Below, piece after piece: positions 47,761 through 60,584 of a DNA stretch of 64,000 nucleotides. The first letter of the stretch is position 1; each line of letters starts with the position of its first letter. The notes beneath the pieces are model-generated. The model was not told where the DNA came from. It made no database searches and worked only from the letters and a program-made list of their open reading frames with translations. The stretch is from the human T2T-CHM13v2.0 reference genome, Homo sapiens. Location: NCBI RefSeq assembly GCF_009914755.1, contig NC_060932.1; one strand, 5' to 3'. The position numbers and the translations under genes were made by a program.

Positions 47761-48397
47761 TATCAAAGGCCAGTTATACCTGGTGCTGGTGAAGCTGAGT
47801 CTTTGTCCAAAGAACTCTGCCTCTTTTAACTTAGGGGCCATCTCAGCAAAGGGAACATCACAGAGATCAATCACCAGGGATGGAATGACAATGCCAGACC
47901 CACATTTGTACTCTGGCTCCCAGTCTACTGATCCAGGCATGCTGTTAATCTCTGGGGCTTATAGAAGAGGAAATTCTGTTTGTTCCTAGAGGCCTTTGAG
48001 GCATCTTCCATTCAGAACTTGCACCACACTGTTCCTCTGACTGAGATTGGCTCCAAGTGTCTGCTACTGGGGCATCATTCCATTTCTTCAGGCTTGTTTG
48101 AGGCATTAATACTCAGACACTTCCCCAGCCATCCTCAGCCACCTCCCTTCACCAGGGTCACCATAGAGACATGCTTCCATTAGTAAGGACAATGCACATC
48201 CCCCATTTCTAGGATTAAGCATGTCACTTTTCAAGGAATGTTATGCTGTGGTCATCACACTTTGTGCCTCTCCTTTCACAGCAGATGAAGTGAATGAAGA
48301 TGGTCACAGCCCTGGCACATTTACAGTGATCACCTTTCTTAATATCTGAGGAGAATTGAACAGGAATGTTGAAACATGTTTCTGATTTAAAAATATT

Positions 48398-48821
48398 ACC
48401 TTGTACCAGTTAGAATGGCTATTATTAAAAAGTAAAAAAAAAAAAAAACACAGATGTTGGTGAGGCTATGGAGAAAAGGGGACACTTATACACTACTGGT
48501 TGGAATGTAAATTACTGAAACCTTGATGGCAAACAGTGTGGAGGCTTCCAAAGAACTAAAAATAGGACTATAATCCAGCAAACCCACTACTGGGAATCTA
48601 CTTGAAGGTAAGGAAATCATTTGATCTAAAAAGATACCTGCACTCATATGTTTATCGCAGCACTATTCACAATAGCAAAGCCATGGAATCAGCATAAGTG
48701 TGCATCAATGGATGATTGGATTTAATGTGGGTATATATGTATAGATCTAGATATGTATACACATACACATACATCTGTATAGATCTATATATCTAGATGT
48801 GTGTGTGTGTGTGTGTGTGTG

Positions 48822-48853
<32 letters not shown>

Positions 48854-49205
48854 TGCACCATGGAATTCTACTCAGTCATAAAAAAGAATGAAATCATATC
48901 TCTTACAGCAACATGGATGGAACTGGAGGCCATTATCCTAAGTGAAATGACTTAGCAACAAAAAGTCAAAAACTGCATGTTATAAGTGGTAAACAATGGG
49001 TACATATGGAAATACAGAGTAAAATAATAAATACAGGAGACTCCACAAAGTGGCAGAGTGGAAGGGGGGTACCTACTGGGTATAATGTACACTGTTTAGG
49101 TGATGGATACACTAAAAGCCCACACTTCACCACTATGCAATATATCCATGTAACACGACTGCACATGTGCACCTAAGTCTATAAATTAAAATTTTAAAAA
49201 TTAAA
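48398..49205 (+). mobile_element. L1PB3/4-like 3' end
   Basis: ccagttagaatggctattattaaaaagt..gcagcactattcacaatagcaaag..ctaaaagcccacacttcaccactatgcaatatatccatgtaac. Confidence 0.85.
48798..48851. repeat. (GT)12-ATAT-(AC)12 perfect palindromic microsatellite
   Basis: Read directly from the sequence; centre between 48824 and 48825. Confidence 0.95.
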
Positions 49206-49507
49206 AAAGTCTATAAATTAAAATTTTAAAAATCTACTATGTTCTGTTGCTGCTCAAATATCCTTCTTGCTTATAGACATAATCAGGAAGATCATGATTT
49301 TATTAATAACATGCTATTGGAGAAATATAGCAAGTAATTGTGTCTCGTCAGGCCAAAGTGACAGAAAGTAGTGCAGCACTTCCTCATGGCCCACAGAATT
49401 GGGCAACTAGGAGTAGTGAACCAATGACTCTGCTGTTTAATTTATGTATTTGAGTAAAGCAAGGAATCAAGAAAGTCGGAGATCAAGTTTTGATGAAGAA
49501 AGCATAA

Positions 49508-49788
49508 GCATGGTGGCTCACGCCTGTAATCCCAGCACTTTGGGAGGCCAAGGCGGGCAGATCACGAGGTCAGGAGATCAAGACCATCCTGGCTAACACA
49601 GTGAAACCCTGTCTCTACTAAAAATACAAAAAATTAGCCGGGAGTGGTGGCACTTGCCTGTAGTCCCAGCTACTCAGGAGGCTGAGGCAGGAGAATCACT
49701 TGAACCCGGGAGGTGGAGGTTGCAGTGATGCCACTGCACTCCAGTCTGGGCAATAGAGCAAGACTCCATCAAGAAAAAAAAAAGAAAG
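49508..49788 (+). mobile_element. AluSc8-like
   Basis: gatcacgaggtcaggagatcaagaccatcctggctaacac with an S-type right arm (gaatcacttgaacc, gaggttgc); short deletion after gcagtga. Confidence 0.9.
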
Positions 49789-51609
49789 AGGTATTGCAGG
49801 ACAAAGTGAGTGAAGAACATGAAGAACACAGAGTAGCCATGTGGTACAGTGAATGGGAATGTTCCTACTAGACAGGAACTCAGAGAGGGTGGGGGCTGTG
49901 CTAGAAATGTCCTGAAGCTTCTAACCAAACAATGAACTCAAAATCCCCCACTCCACTTTCCCATTATCAACATAAAAAGGCAACTTTCATTGTATTCACC
50001 ATCCACACATCTCCTGATTCCTTCAAACTCATTCCTAGTGTTCATTATAATCTCATTCCTTATAGGTAAAAGTAAAATAAAAATAAATGAAAATAATAAA
50101 ACCATGTGAAGAATAACCCAGGTTACAGAACAGAGACAAAATAACCCTGATATGACAAAGTGCCTTGCCACCAATACCCAGCCAGGCACTGTCCCATGCA
50201 GAACTGGGCTGAGGACGGTTCAGAAGGCCCGTCAGAACCTCTCTGGACCATGTGACAACTACAGAAATCATCCATGTAGACCTGACCCTCAGGTTTAAAT
50301 GGGATAGTACGTATGCCACAGGCGACTTTTAGAGACTTTTATTCTACCTCACATATGCAAAAATATAGCATCTAGCTTTGCTGAGTATGAAAATCTAAAT
50401 TCAGAATCACTTCAAAATTGCCTCTGATTGCAGGGAGAATGCCTGAAAGAACAAAAAAATAAAGAAAGCTGGAGACATTGAAGAAGTTTTTTGTCTTTTT
50501 TTTTTAAAAAAGGTAGAACTTTTCCATCCTGACAAAATGCATCAACTAATTTCCATTTGTTTTCTCTAGAAGTCAAGTGCATAGCAGCTCAATGAGACAT
50601 CTGAATCTGCAAAAGAGAAGTGAATATTCATGAAGTTTATTTTCCCAAAAGGTCTGTGTTTTAAATGTACACTGCAAGCAATCAAACTGAATCATTTAAA
50701 AATTAGGTTTGTAAATGTGGGTTCCCTTCCAAGGGTTTATTCTAGTAGGAATTTGTACTTCTGAGATGCTGGGGAAAGCCCTGGCAAATAGAGACTGCTA
50801 GAAAAAGCAAAGATAGTATCTGCTGTTCCATAAACAAGCAGTTACTGGACGGCAGGTAATTTCGGCTGTGTAATGCAGGCAAGCGCTTAGCCTGTGCTAC
50901 TAACCCCTTGCTAGGTCCCATCTAAACTGTTTCACGCCTGAAAATTGCTATGGGGTTAAATTGTCCATCAGCAGGAAGAGAAAAAGGGAAGCTTCATGTT
51001 CATGATGAGGAACATGTTCAGAGAAGCGTCAAGCTTGAATGGAAAGAGAGGGAGGAGAAATGTCTGTAAAGAGATTATGGAGCTAAGTAAGGTAAGAACA
51101 GCTTTAAAACAGCAGGCACGGAAGTGAATGGATAGAATGGAAGAGTCCACTCACTAGACCTAGAGAGACCTAGACTAGATTCGCAGAGATTAAAATCACC
51201 CCAGCTGGTACACACAAGTTTTCTAGAATTCTAGGAGTCCACAGAATAGCATTAATCACCATGGGAGTCTGGCATCACTGCTGTGTGGAGCTGCCTTCAT
51301 GAAGCCGGCAGAGCAAAGATCCAGGAGCAGAAGCCCAAAAAGCATTGAAGGAGAGAAGCAGCAGGATGGGGCTTCCAGAGGTAGGAGAGGGCAATGCCAG
51401 GAAAAGATGAGTCTGTTTATTTCCCCCAGTGGGCTCTCATCACAGCTGTGGAGTGGGGGGAGATCCAGGGTGGCTTAAACAAAACCGTGAAGATTCACAT
51501 CTTTGGCACTTTTTAATCTTCTTATCAGCAAGCTGGGCTCTCACTGATATCCTGTGTCTGCCAATGCTTAAGTTGCAAGGAAGTTTGGAGACAGACAGTC
51601 CCAGACTCT

Positions 51610-51785
51610 GCAGCTTTCTAGCTGAGTAACTTTGAACATGATATTCAAATTTTCACTTTCTCTTCTGAATAATAGGAGTAATAACTGTGCTTTACATTTC
51701 AAAGGGTTAACAAGAATTAATAATATAGGTGAGAGACTTAGCACAGAACCTGGCACAAACTAAATACTCGATATTCATTGCTACC
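51610..51785 (+). mobile_element. MIR
   Basis: ctagctgagtaactttgaaca..cttagcacagaacctggcaca. Confidence 0.65.
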
Positions 51786-54700
51786 ATTGTCAAGACTTAC
51801 TAAAACGTAGACAGACGAAGTCCTACAAAAAAAGCTCTCTCCCAGAGTTGACAGGAAATGCTGTATTTAGGTTGGTATTCAGAGACAGGGAAACTTCGCT
51901 GGTGTCCTCTCAAAGCTTCACACAAACATGAGTTCAACAAAAGAATGAGCATTTATTGTGTGTGTTTGGGTAAGGTACTGTGCTAGGCACCAGTGACAAA
52001 AAGATAATAAAATACAGTCCGTTCTCGTAAAATATCTTAAACAGAAAACAAAAATTAATGAAATATAATATATATTTTACATATGTGAGTGTGTGTTAAA
52101 TTTCAACCCGAAAAAGAACTACGAATGTATTTGGAAAATTGAGCATTAAAATTTAATACAGCAGGCTCTTTTTTGACCCATCTATTTATTTTTGAAGTAA
52201 TTTCTTAAATTAGCTCAATACATTCCATTGCCTTTTTCCTGGTTTTAGATTAGATAGAAAAAAATTATATCTCCTTAAATGTCTGGTTAAAATGATGGTT
52301 TCCTTCCTTTAAAGATAAGTAGTAATATGTTGGATTCACTTTTTGTTGACTTGGGATACAAGCATGGATTCCACATGGGAGTCTCTGACTTTGATTCTTG
52401 TGAAATAAGCACAGGAGACTGCAAGATGGGGAAAATGAATTCTAAAGAATAAGATGTTTTGTGACCAAGGCTGAAAGACAGATTTAATGCAGAATTAATT
52501 TTCAGAAGGTATTCATGAGCATTTGAAATATGTTGTGTTGTTAACTGTATGATATTACCCTAACCTGTAGCCTGAATGTCTTCCTTCACGCCATCCTGTG
52601 GCTTTTGTCATTACCTTAATCAAATGTGTAGGGCTTGTGACCATGGTGCCAAAGTGTCTTTGTAGAAAAGTCATCATTGTTGAGGGTTAAGAGTTTAACC
52701 ATGTCACTTGAACTCTTACCCAAAAGCTAGGGCCGAACCAGACATGTAATGTCAAGATGAAACAGGAAAGAATTAAGAGAATGTACTGAGGCTTTCAGCA
52801 TTATATTTAACATTGTCAAAATCTTTTTGATATCTCAAAGAGGCCACCAAAATTATTCAGGGCTAAGCTTTTTACTTGGGGAGATAACAAACCTCTTTTG
52901 GCCTTCTTCTTTTCGTTCATTGGATTTGAAAACTTTGATGTGATACAAAAAAGAATAGGTAGTAAAGATTCATATTAAATCAGCCAATTCCACATTTTCT
53001 CTACTTATAAAAAAAATGTATGGGGAAGAAAATTGTCTGAAATGCCTCAAAAATTTTCTGTGGATTATGATTACTAATAATGTCATTTTCCCATTATCAC
53101 ACACGGATAGATTGATTTTCTTTAAAAAAATGATAATTACTAAAAGTTAAGATTATTAAAATTTGTCTTTTAAGAATTATTTTTTGAAGTTTAGGATGAA
53201 GGTATAAATATGGTATTTTCATCAAAAATATTTATATCTCACACTTAACTTACCAGTTCTTCATTACAAACACTAGCTCCTCAAAGCCTTGAGTAGTGAA
53301 ATTCAACGTTCCAATTTACTTGTATAGAAACAAATATGGAAGAATTAAGATTCCATATTTAAAAATTTGTTTTATTATTTTTCAGCATCTTCTAGGAGAG
53401 ACCAATGTGCTGACAAATGGAGATTTTTGGAAATCTACTTTAAAGAATATGTAATATTTGCTTAAATAAACATAGTTACTAATAAGTAACTGAATAGTAA
53501 CCACCAAAATATGAACCCTTTTAAGACAGAAAAACTCATTCATCCAAGTGGAGCTGTTCTTCAAAACAAACAGCTCAGAAATAAATATGCTTATCAATAA
53601 CAACATATTTGTGTTTATATTTAATAAACCACTATCTCACATATTTTATTTAGTTCTTACTGTAACCTATGGCTTAGCTTGTTTTAATTTTCATTTTAGA
53701 AATGGAAAAAATGAAACTTTGAGCAAGTAAGCTGCTTAAAGTTTCACAGGTAATAGTTTCAGAGCTACAATTTAAGTGAGTTCCTATACTCCATGACCAG
53801 GGTTATTTCACCTTTGTCACAGCAAATTCCTTGTCAATCATAGTAATACTGTTTAAGCTCAAAGTATTAGTAGAATTTTGTTTTTGGAATCACCTTTGGA
53901 ACTCATTTATGAATCATAGAGGAAAATCAGTTTCATTATTTTAGAGTTGCAATGTAGTTTTTGATCAGTTAAAGAAGTGTTAAAATGGATGACCACATCA
54001 TCAGGTTATTCCCCCAAATCAAAGCCAATTTCAAATTATAAAGGTTTGCCATCCTGGAAAATGTTCAAATAAAGTCACTTGGTCTTAACAAAAAAATTCA
54101 AAATTGAAATTTCTGAACTGTTTTAATCAATGGCTGGATGGTTGAAATGAATATATAGTCTCATTCTGGGTACATTTGAATTGCTTAGAATCTTTTTTCT
54201 CTTCAATGAGAATAAATAACCCCCTGTAATTTTGCCTGCATTCTTCTTATTTTTAGTGTTATCTATGATACACTGAGGCAGGAATAGGCAGGAATTTTGT
54301 TCAGTCAAATTCTATAGTGGTATCACTTCCAAGAGGAAAAAAGTAAAATCAGTTAGGTGTAATAGATTGAGCTATTTCGCCTTAACAATACCTGAAACTT
54401 TTTTAACCAGACCTTTATAAAAGAGTGGGAGAGAGGAACTAAAAAGAGCTGAACTCAAATAACAGAACTGAATTTTTAGCTTAAATGTAAGCATCTATAG
54501 TAAACTTCAATTAATAAGCACCTTTAACTGCAATGTTGATCTGAATTTAATTCTATTCCATCTTACCATTAGGGAATTAATTTTATCCAAAGTATTTGCC
54601 TTTAATTCTTTTTCCTTTTTCATTGTCTGGAATTCATGCTAGATCAAGAGCTAAAATATTAAAGGCAAAGAATTTGGAGTCTTTGTGTCTGTAATTATTT

Positions 54701-56334
54701 AAAGCTGAATTTTCAGCATAGGAGAATTCACTACCAGATTTTCTGTAGTTCTAATTTACATTTTCTGATTCAATTTACAATTAGCAAGGCAAAATGAGCA
54801 GAGCATACTGTGACCCATCCCATTCAGTGTTTGGTAAACAGATTAATTCCAAGGCATCTAAGAATCAGCTAGGGATCATGTTTATAACGCCAACTTCTGC
54901 TCCTTCCCACTCCAACACCACCAAAAGAGACCCTACTGCAGTGGGTTTTGGGCTAGACCCAGGCAGAGAGTCCCCAAACCACCCTTTGAATGATATGAAA
55001 TATAAACTTTTTCTGCTTTTACTGGGTTAGTAAACAAAGTTTAATGAACTCACCCTTGCTTTTGTTAAGATGATAACTTCATAGATGAATGCTATCCAAA
55101 AGTCCTTTCTCAAAAATTTCCTATAGTATCACATAGCTAACCATCATATCCCAATTGCCAATACTCGAGATTTTGCTGTACTTCATTTATTGCCTTTAGA
55201 ACAAAAATATTTTAGAATGGTTTCTTTCTGATTATTAACAGATTTTGCATTAATTAAACATGTCAACTGAGAGGTTACTATGGTGTTTTCCTTTGGCAAG
55301 CATCTTGAAAAGTTTTGTCATTGTCTGTACTTTTTACCATAATGGTGGAAGAATTCAACAAATATTCTAAGTCTAAAGATATACAGTGCTTCAGGTCTCT
55401 TGTGTGGCTTGATAAAGCATGTAGGTGAATACCTGGCTGACTAATGGAAATGTAAAGAAAACAGAGTTTTAGCCACAGGAAAGTTAGTGAATATGCCTTC
55501 ACAAGTTTTAATAAAGATGTCATTCTCACATACTTTATTATTTCCCTTTTATAAAATGAAAGTAATTGGACAACTGGTTACTTGGAGCCCTCACTTCTGA
55601 AAATCATTTTTCTGGTGCTATGGGCTGCTGAGTGAGAATCTCTTTGGACCTGCTTCTCTCCTTTCTGTTCATTACTGGGGTTAATCAAAACCCAGACCTT
55701 TCTCCGACCTCAAACATATTACCATGATGGGCTGGGAAAATCGGTAAGTATATGTTTTCTTTGATTTTTCAGACTGCCTGTGTTTGGTAAAAGCAGGATG
55801 TAGAAGACAAAGAAATAATGAATTAGAGCTACCTGCAGGCCTTTTAGTCTTGTGCAAGCCCCAAGGAAAGAATTTCTCCAGTGGTAAAGACAAGAATGTA
55901 TAGTTACTAAAGGTCAATTGCTTGTTCTGACAAGCTGCCCCTTTGGTGATGCTCTCTCTGCCCCACATTCTAGAGATCTGTCTGTCTTTCAGCAACTCGG
56001 CTATCCCTAAAAGGAAGCCTTCTTAGGATAAGAATGCTGGTTTCGTGTCGTCTTGCTGTGGGAGTTGCATTTTGGCTGTCTTCTTTTTGATTGCGCTAAA
56101 AGTGAAAATATTTGAAGGATCCACATAAAAAAGAATAAACTCCGAATCACATTGGGTAAACCCTGTTTTTCTAATCATTATAATTAAAAATCCAACACAG
56201 TACAATTTCATATTCTTGTCACCTTTACTATTTTCCTATGTAACACTTACTATTTAGAGCATCAGCCGAAGATCCAAAGGACATTTCCCTGAATATGATG
56301 CTTGAGCTTCCAGATAAGACAGAAAAAAGAAAAC

Positions 56335-56412
56335 TCTATAGGGATTCTCTATACTTTCTGTTGAATTTTTTATAAACCTAAAACCGGTCTAAAAAATATA
56401 GTCTATTAATTT
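56335..56412 (+). mobile_element. L1MC-type 3' terminal fragment
   Basis: gggattctctatactttctgttgaattttttataaacctaaaac..aaaaaatatagtctatt parallels the L1MC end at 7855-7922. Confidence 0.6.
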
Positions 56413-56978
56413 ATTTAAATCTATTACTGAATTGACACAATATTTATGAATATGCTAAACTGCATCCTTAAATTTTATCTAATATGAATTACCTAATTTC
56501 ATCTGGATAGGCATGTGCTCTTGAATTAAAATTTGCCAGAGGAAATTATTGCAAAAGCTTATAGCCATTTCGATAAAGTAGGTCTTCACTGGGTTTCTGA
56601 GTGCTATAGCAATGCATGAATGGAAAAAAGGGGGGAAGAACAGTTCTGATATTTCATTCACAAGTACGTGGAAGGGTATGAAATGAGATACTTAAATGTG
56701 AGAGCTCTATTAAACTGAGAAGGCTGTCAGAAAGCAGAGGCCAGACACATGATAAAATTGCTCTAAGACTTTTAGAAATTCTGACAAAAACTCATTCAAT
56801 GAGTGGCGATCTGGAAAAGTTTGAAGTATCAATATAAAACACAGATAAATCTTATTTAGTAGCAGGAAGCAGGAAGACAGTTACCCTTGGAGATACTTGG
56901 AGGTATTAATTGATGAAAAGATACAGTATTCATTTGTTCATTCACCTGCCAAATACTTACTAAGTGCCTGTTTTAAAA

Positions 56979-57152
56979 GTGTGGTTCCCAAACTTTGCTG
57001 CGCATTAGAATCATCTAGGGAGTTTTTAAAAAATTCTGATACCCAAGTCACAACCCATATTCATTAACTCAGAATGCCTGGGGAGGGGAGCCAGGCATCA
57101 GTAAGTTGTTAAAGAGTAGCAGGTGATTCCAATATGCAGCCAAGGTTTAAGG
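56979..57152. mobile_element. MER5A1-like MITE inside an L2 end
   Basis: gtggttcccaaactttgctgcgcattagaatcatctagggag..ggtgattccaatatgcagccaaggttt. Confidence 0.8.
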
Positions 57153-57209
57153 CATTTATCCATCCAAAAAAAGTAAATTGTGCGTGATTGCTTCTCTTAA
57201 GGAACTTGA

Positions 57210-57583
<374 letters not shown>

Positions 57584-57699
57584 AACATGTGCTTTAAATG
57601 CACTATCTCATTGTGAAGTTGGCTTGGTGAAGTATCATTTCTCAAACCAAGCAGCTCTGGGGTTCCAAGGACCTCTACAGAGAATACATTTGTAGTGAT

Positions 57700-58200
57700 A
57701 CAGTCATTTATAGGAGCCTTATTTCCAGAAAGAGGCAGCAAACTGGAAAGGGCTCAAAGAAAAGTAACAAAATGATTACAGGCCTGGGGGAATGGACTTA
57801 TGGGGAGAGATGAAAAGACGAAATATGTATAACCTAAGTGACAATTAAAGATGGAGGGGTCATGATAACAGTCTACAAATACCTAAAGGGCGCGAACATG
57901 AAGGAAAGAAGTGAATTACTTTGGATAATGAAAAACAAAGGGTGTTGGTTAAGAGTACTAGGACTGTATTATGAAAAAGAAAATGAAGGCACAGCGTCAG
58001 GCAATCCTTGCTGACCACTGGAGCTGGCTTCTAAAGGAGAAGGAGCAGCCACATTACTTGAGTTCCCATAAAACAAGTTTGGACAAACACTTAGGAAATA
58101 GATGATTAAGAGAAATTTTGTGTAACCTGGACAATGGCAGGAGGTAGGAGGAGAGAAAACAACTGAAATCTTTTTCAACCCTAATACCAAAATTATGCTA
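57700..58200 (+). mobile_element. Ancient CR1-clade LINE 3' region
   Basis: Broken translation KLERAQRKVTK / MITGLGEWTYGER* / GVMITVYKYLKG matches the CR1 ORF2 C-terminus (KLERVQRRATKMI.GL...YEERL...GDMITVYKYLKG). Confidence 0.75.
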
Positions 58201-58295
58201 TAAAAAGTTCAAAGAACAGAAATTGAGAGGAGCCATTATCTTTAAATGTGATTGCAAATGAGGTTGATCCATTAGCTCTTATTAATGTGTTCATT

Positions 58296-58380
58296 ATAGT
58301 TGCAGCAAAACACCATGGCACACATTTACCTATGTAACAAACCTGCACGTCCGGCACATGTATCCCAGAACTTAAAATAA
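58296..58380 (+). mobile_element. Very short L1PA (about PA8-13) 3' terminus
   Basis: tgcagcaaaacaccatggcacacatttacctatgtaacaaacctgcacgtccggcacatgtatcccagaacttaaaataa. Confidence 0.85.
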
Positions 58381-58384
58381 GCCT

Positions 58385-59793
58385 CCCTCTCCCTCTCCCT
58401 CTCCCTCTCCCCTGTCTCCCTCTTTGCACAGTCTCCCTCTGATGCTCCCTCTCCCCTGTCTCCCTCTTTGCATGGTCTCCCTCTGATGCCAAGCCGAGGC
58501 TGGACTGTACTGCTGCCATCTCGACTCACTGCAACCTCCCTGCCTGATTCTCCTGCCTCAGCCTGCCAAGTACCTGGGATTGCAGGCGCCCGCCGCCACT
58601 CCTGACTGGTTTTCGTATTTTTTGGTGGAGACGGGGTTTCGCCCTGTTGGCCGGGCTGGTCTCCAGCTCCTGACCGCGAGTGATCTGCCAGCCTCGGCCT
58701 CCCGAGGTGCCAGGATTGCAGACGGAGTCTCGCTCACTCAGTGCTCAGTGTTGCCCAGGCTGGAGTGCAGTGGCGTGATCTCGGCTCCCTACAACCTCCA
58801 CCTCCCAGCCACCTGCCTTGGCCTCCCAAAGTGCCGAGATTGCAGCCTCTGCCTGGCCGCCACCCCATCTAGGAAGTGAGGAGCATCTCTGCCTGGCCGC
58901 CCATCGTTTGGGATGTGAGGAGCCCCTCTGCCCGGCCGCCCAGTCTGGGAAGTGAGGAGCGCCTCTTCCCGGCCGCCATCCCGTCTTGGAAGTGAGGAGT
59001 GTCTCTGCCCGGCCGCCCATCGTCTGGGATGTGGGGAGCGCCTCTGCCCTGCCAACCCGTCTGAGATGTGAAGAGCGCCTCTGCCCGGCTGCGACCCCGT
59101 CTGGGAATTGAGGAGTGTCTCTGCCCCGCCGCCACCCCGTCTGGGAGGTGAGGAGCGTCTCTGACCGGCCGCCCCTTCTGAGAAGTGAGGAGCCCCTCCG
59201 CCCAGCAGCCGCCCCGTCTGGGAAGTGAGGAGCCCCTCTGCCTGGCCGCCACCCCGTCTGGGGGGTGTACCCAGCAGCTCATTGAGAACGGGCCATGATG
59301 ACGATGGTGGTTTTGTCAAATAGAACAGGGGGAAATGTGGGGAAGGGAAGGAGAGATCAGATTGTTACTGTGTCTGTGTAGAAAGAAGTAGACATAGGAG
59401 ACTCCATTTTGTTCTGTACTAAGAAAAGTTCTTCTGCCTTGGGATGCTGTTAATCTATAACCTTACCCCCAACCCCGTGCTCTCTGAAACATGTGCTGTG
59501 TCCACTAAGGGTTAAATGGATTAAGGGCGGTGCAAGATGTGCTTTGTTAAACAGAGGCTTGAAGGCAGCATACTTCTTAAGAGTCATCACCACTCCCTGA
59601 TCTCAAGTACCCAGGGACACAAACACTGCAGAAGGCGGCATGGCCCTCTGCCTAGGAAAACCAGAGACCTTTGTTCACATGTTTATCTGCTGACCTTCCC
59701 TCCACTATTGTCCTATGACCCTGCCAAATCCCCCTCTCCAAGAAACACCCAAGAATGATCAATAAATACTAAAAAAATTAAAATAAAATAAAA
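58385..59793 (+). mobile_element. SVA retrotransposon, SVA_B-like, all domains present
   Basis: (CCCTCT)n, antisense Alu-like domain, GC-rich VNTR (about 58840-59265), SINE-R (about 59265-59770) with aataaa, A-rich tail; TSD taaaataagcct at 58373-58384 and 59794-59805. Confidence 0.95.
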
Positions 59794-59800
59794 TAAAATA

Positions 59801-60030
59801 AGCCTTGACCTCCCAGGCTCAGGTGATCCTCCCATGTCAGCCTCTCCGGTAGCTGGCACTACAGGTGCACACCACCACACCCAGCTAATTTTTGTATTTT
59901 CTTGTAGAGAAGGGCTCCCACCATGATTCCCAGGCTGGTCCCGAACCCCTGGGAAGGAGGGCTAAAGCTATCCACCCTCCTCTTCCTCCCAAAGTGTTGT
60001 GATTACAGTTGTAAGCTACTGTGCCTGGCC
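59801..60030 (-). mobile_element. AluJ lacking its 3' end and tail
   Basis: agccttgacctcccaggctcaggtgatcctccca (J-type)..ctgtgcctggcc. Confidence 0.85.
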
Positions 60031-60584
60031 AAGAAAACAATTTTTAAAGAGGCTAGGTAATTCAAAGTCACACAGTTAATAATGGTGCAGTGAGAAATGA
60101 AAATGCTCACTCTGTGGCTTCAGAGCTTACACTCTCCTACTTTTATGGAGTACACTAAATTAGGAACCAGATAAAACTTGTCATCTTACAAATCCTCCTC
60201 ATAAACCTTATCTGTAATATCAGGAGAAGAATACCTACTTTGTATAGTTACTGTGATGAATAAGTGATTTTTAAAAATATTTAGCACAGCCTGGTACACA
60301 GTGTATTTTCAAGATATGATAGTTTAAAAAAAAAAAAAACCTAAAACCCACAAAACAGACATTTCAACATGAGTTTTTCTTCATACCTTCATACGTTTTG
60401 TATAAATCTGGCCATCTTTCATTCTTCTTCCTCCCACTCTCTGGGATTATATTGTTTTTATGCAATCGGGATAAACTAATAAACTAATTTTCATTATGAT
60501 TTTATGTCTTCTTAAGAGATGTGCCTTGAACTTTGAAAGAATTGTGAGAGAAAAAGAGCGCCTGTGCAAACAATTTATTTTTCC

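Noticed and set aside
58840-59265. Repeat array superficially like a CRISPR or novel minisatellite
   Set aside because: Standard SVA VNTR units with no unique spacers, in a primate genome.
58745-59319. Long overlapping ORFs (176, 137 and 91 aa)
   Set aside because: Antisense translations of the GC-rich SVA VNTR, which is naturally poor in stop codons.
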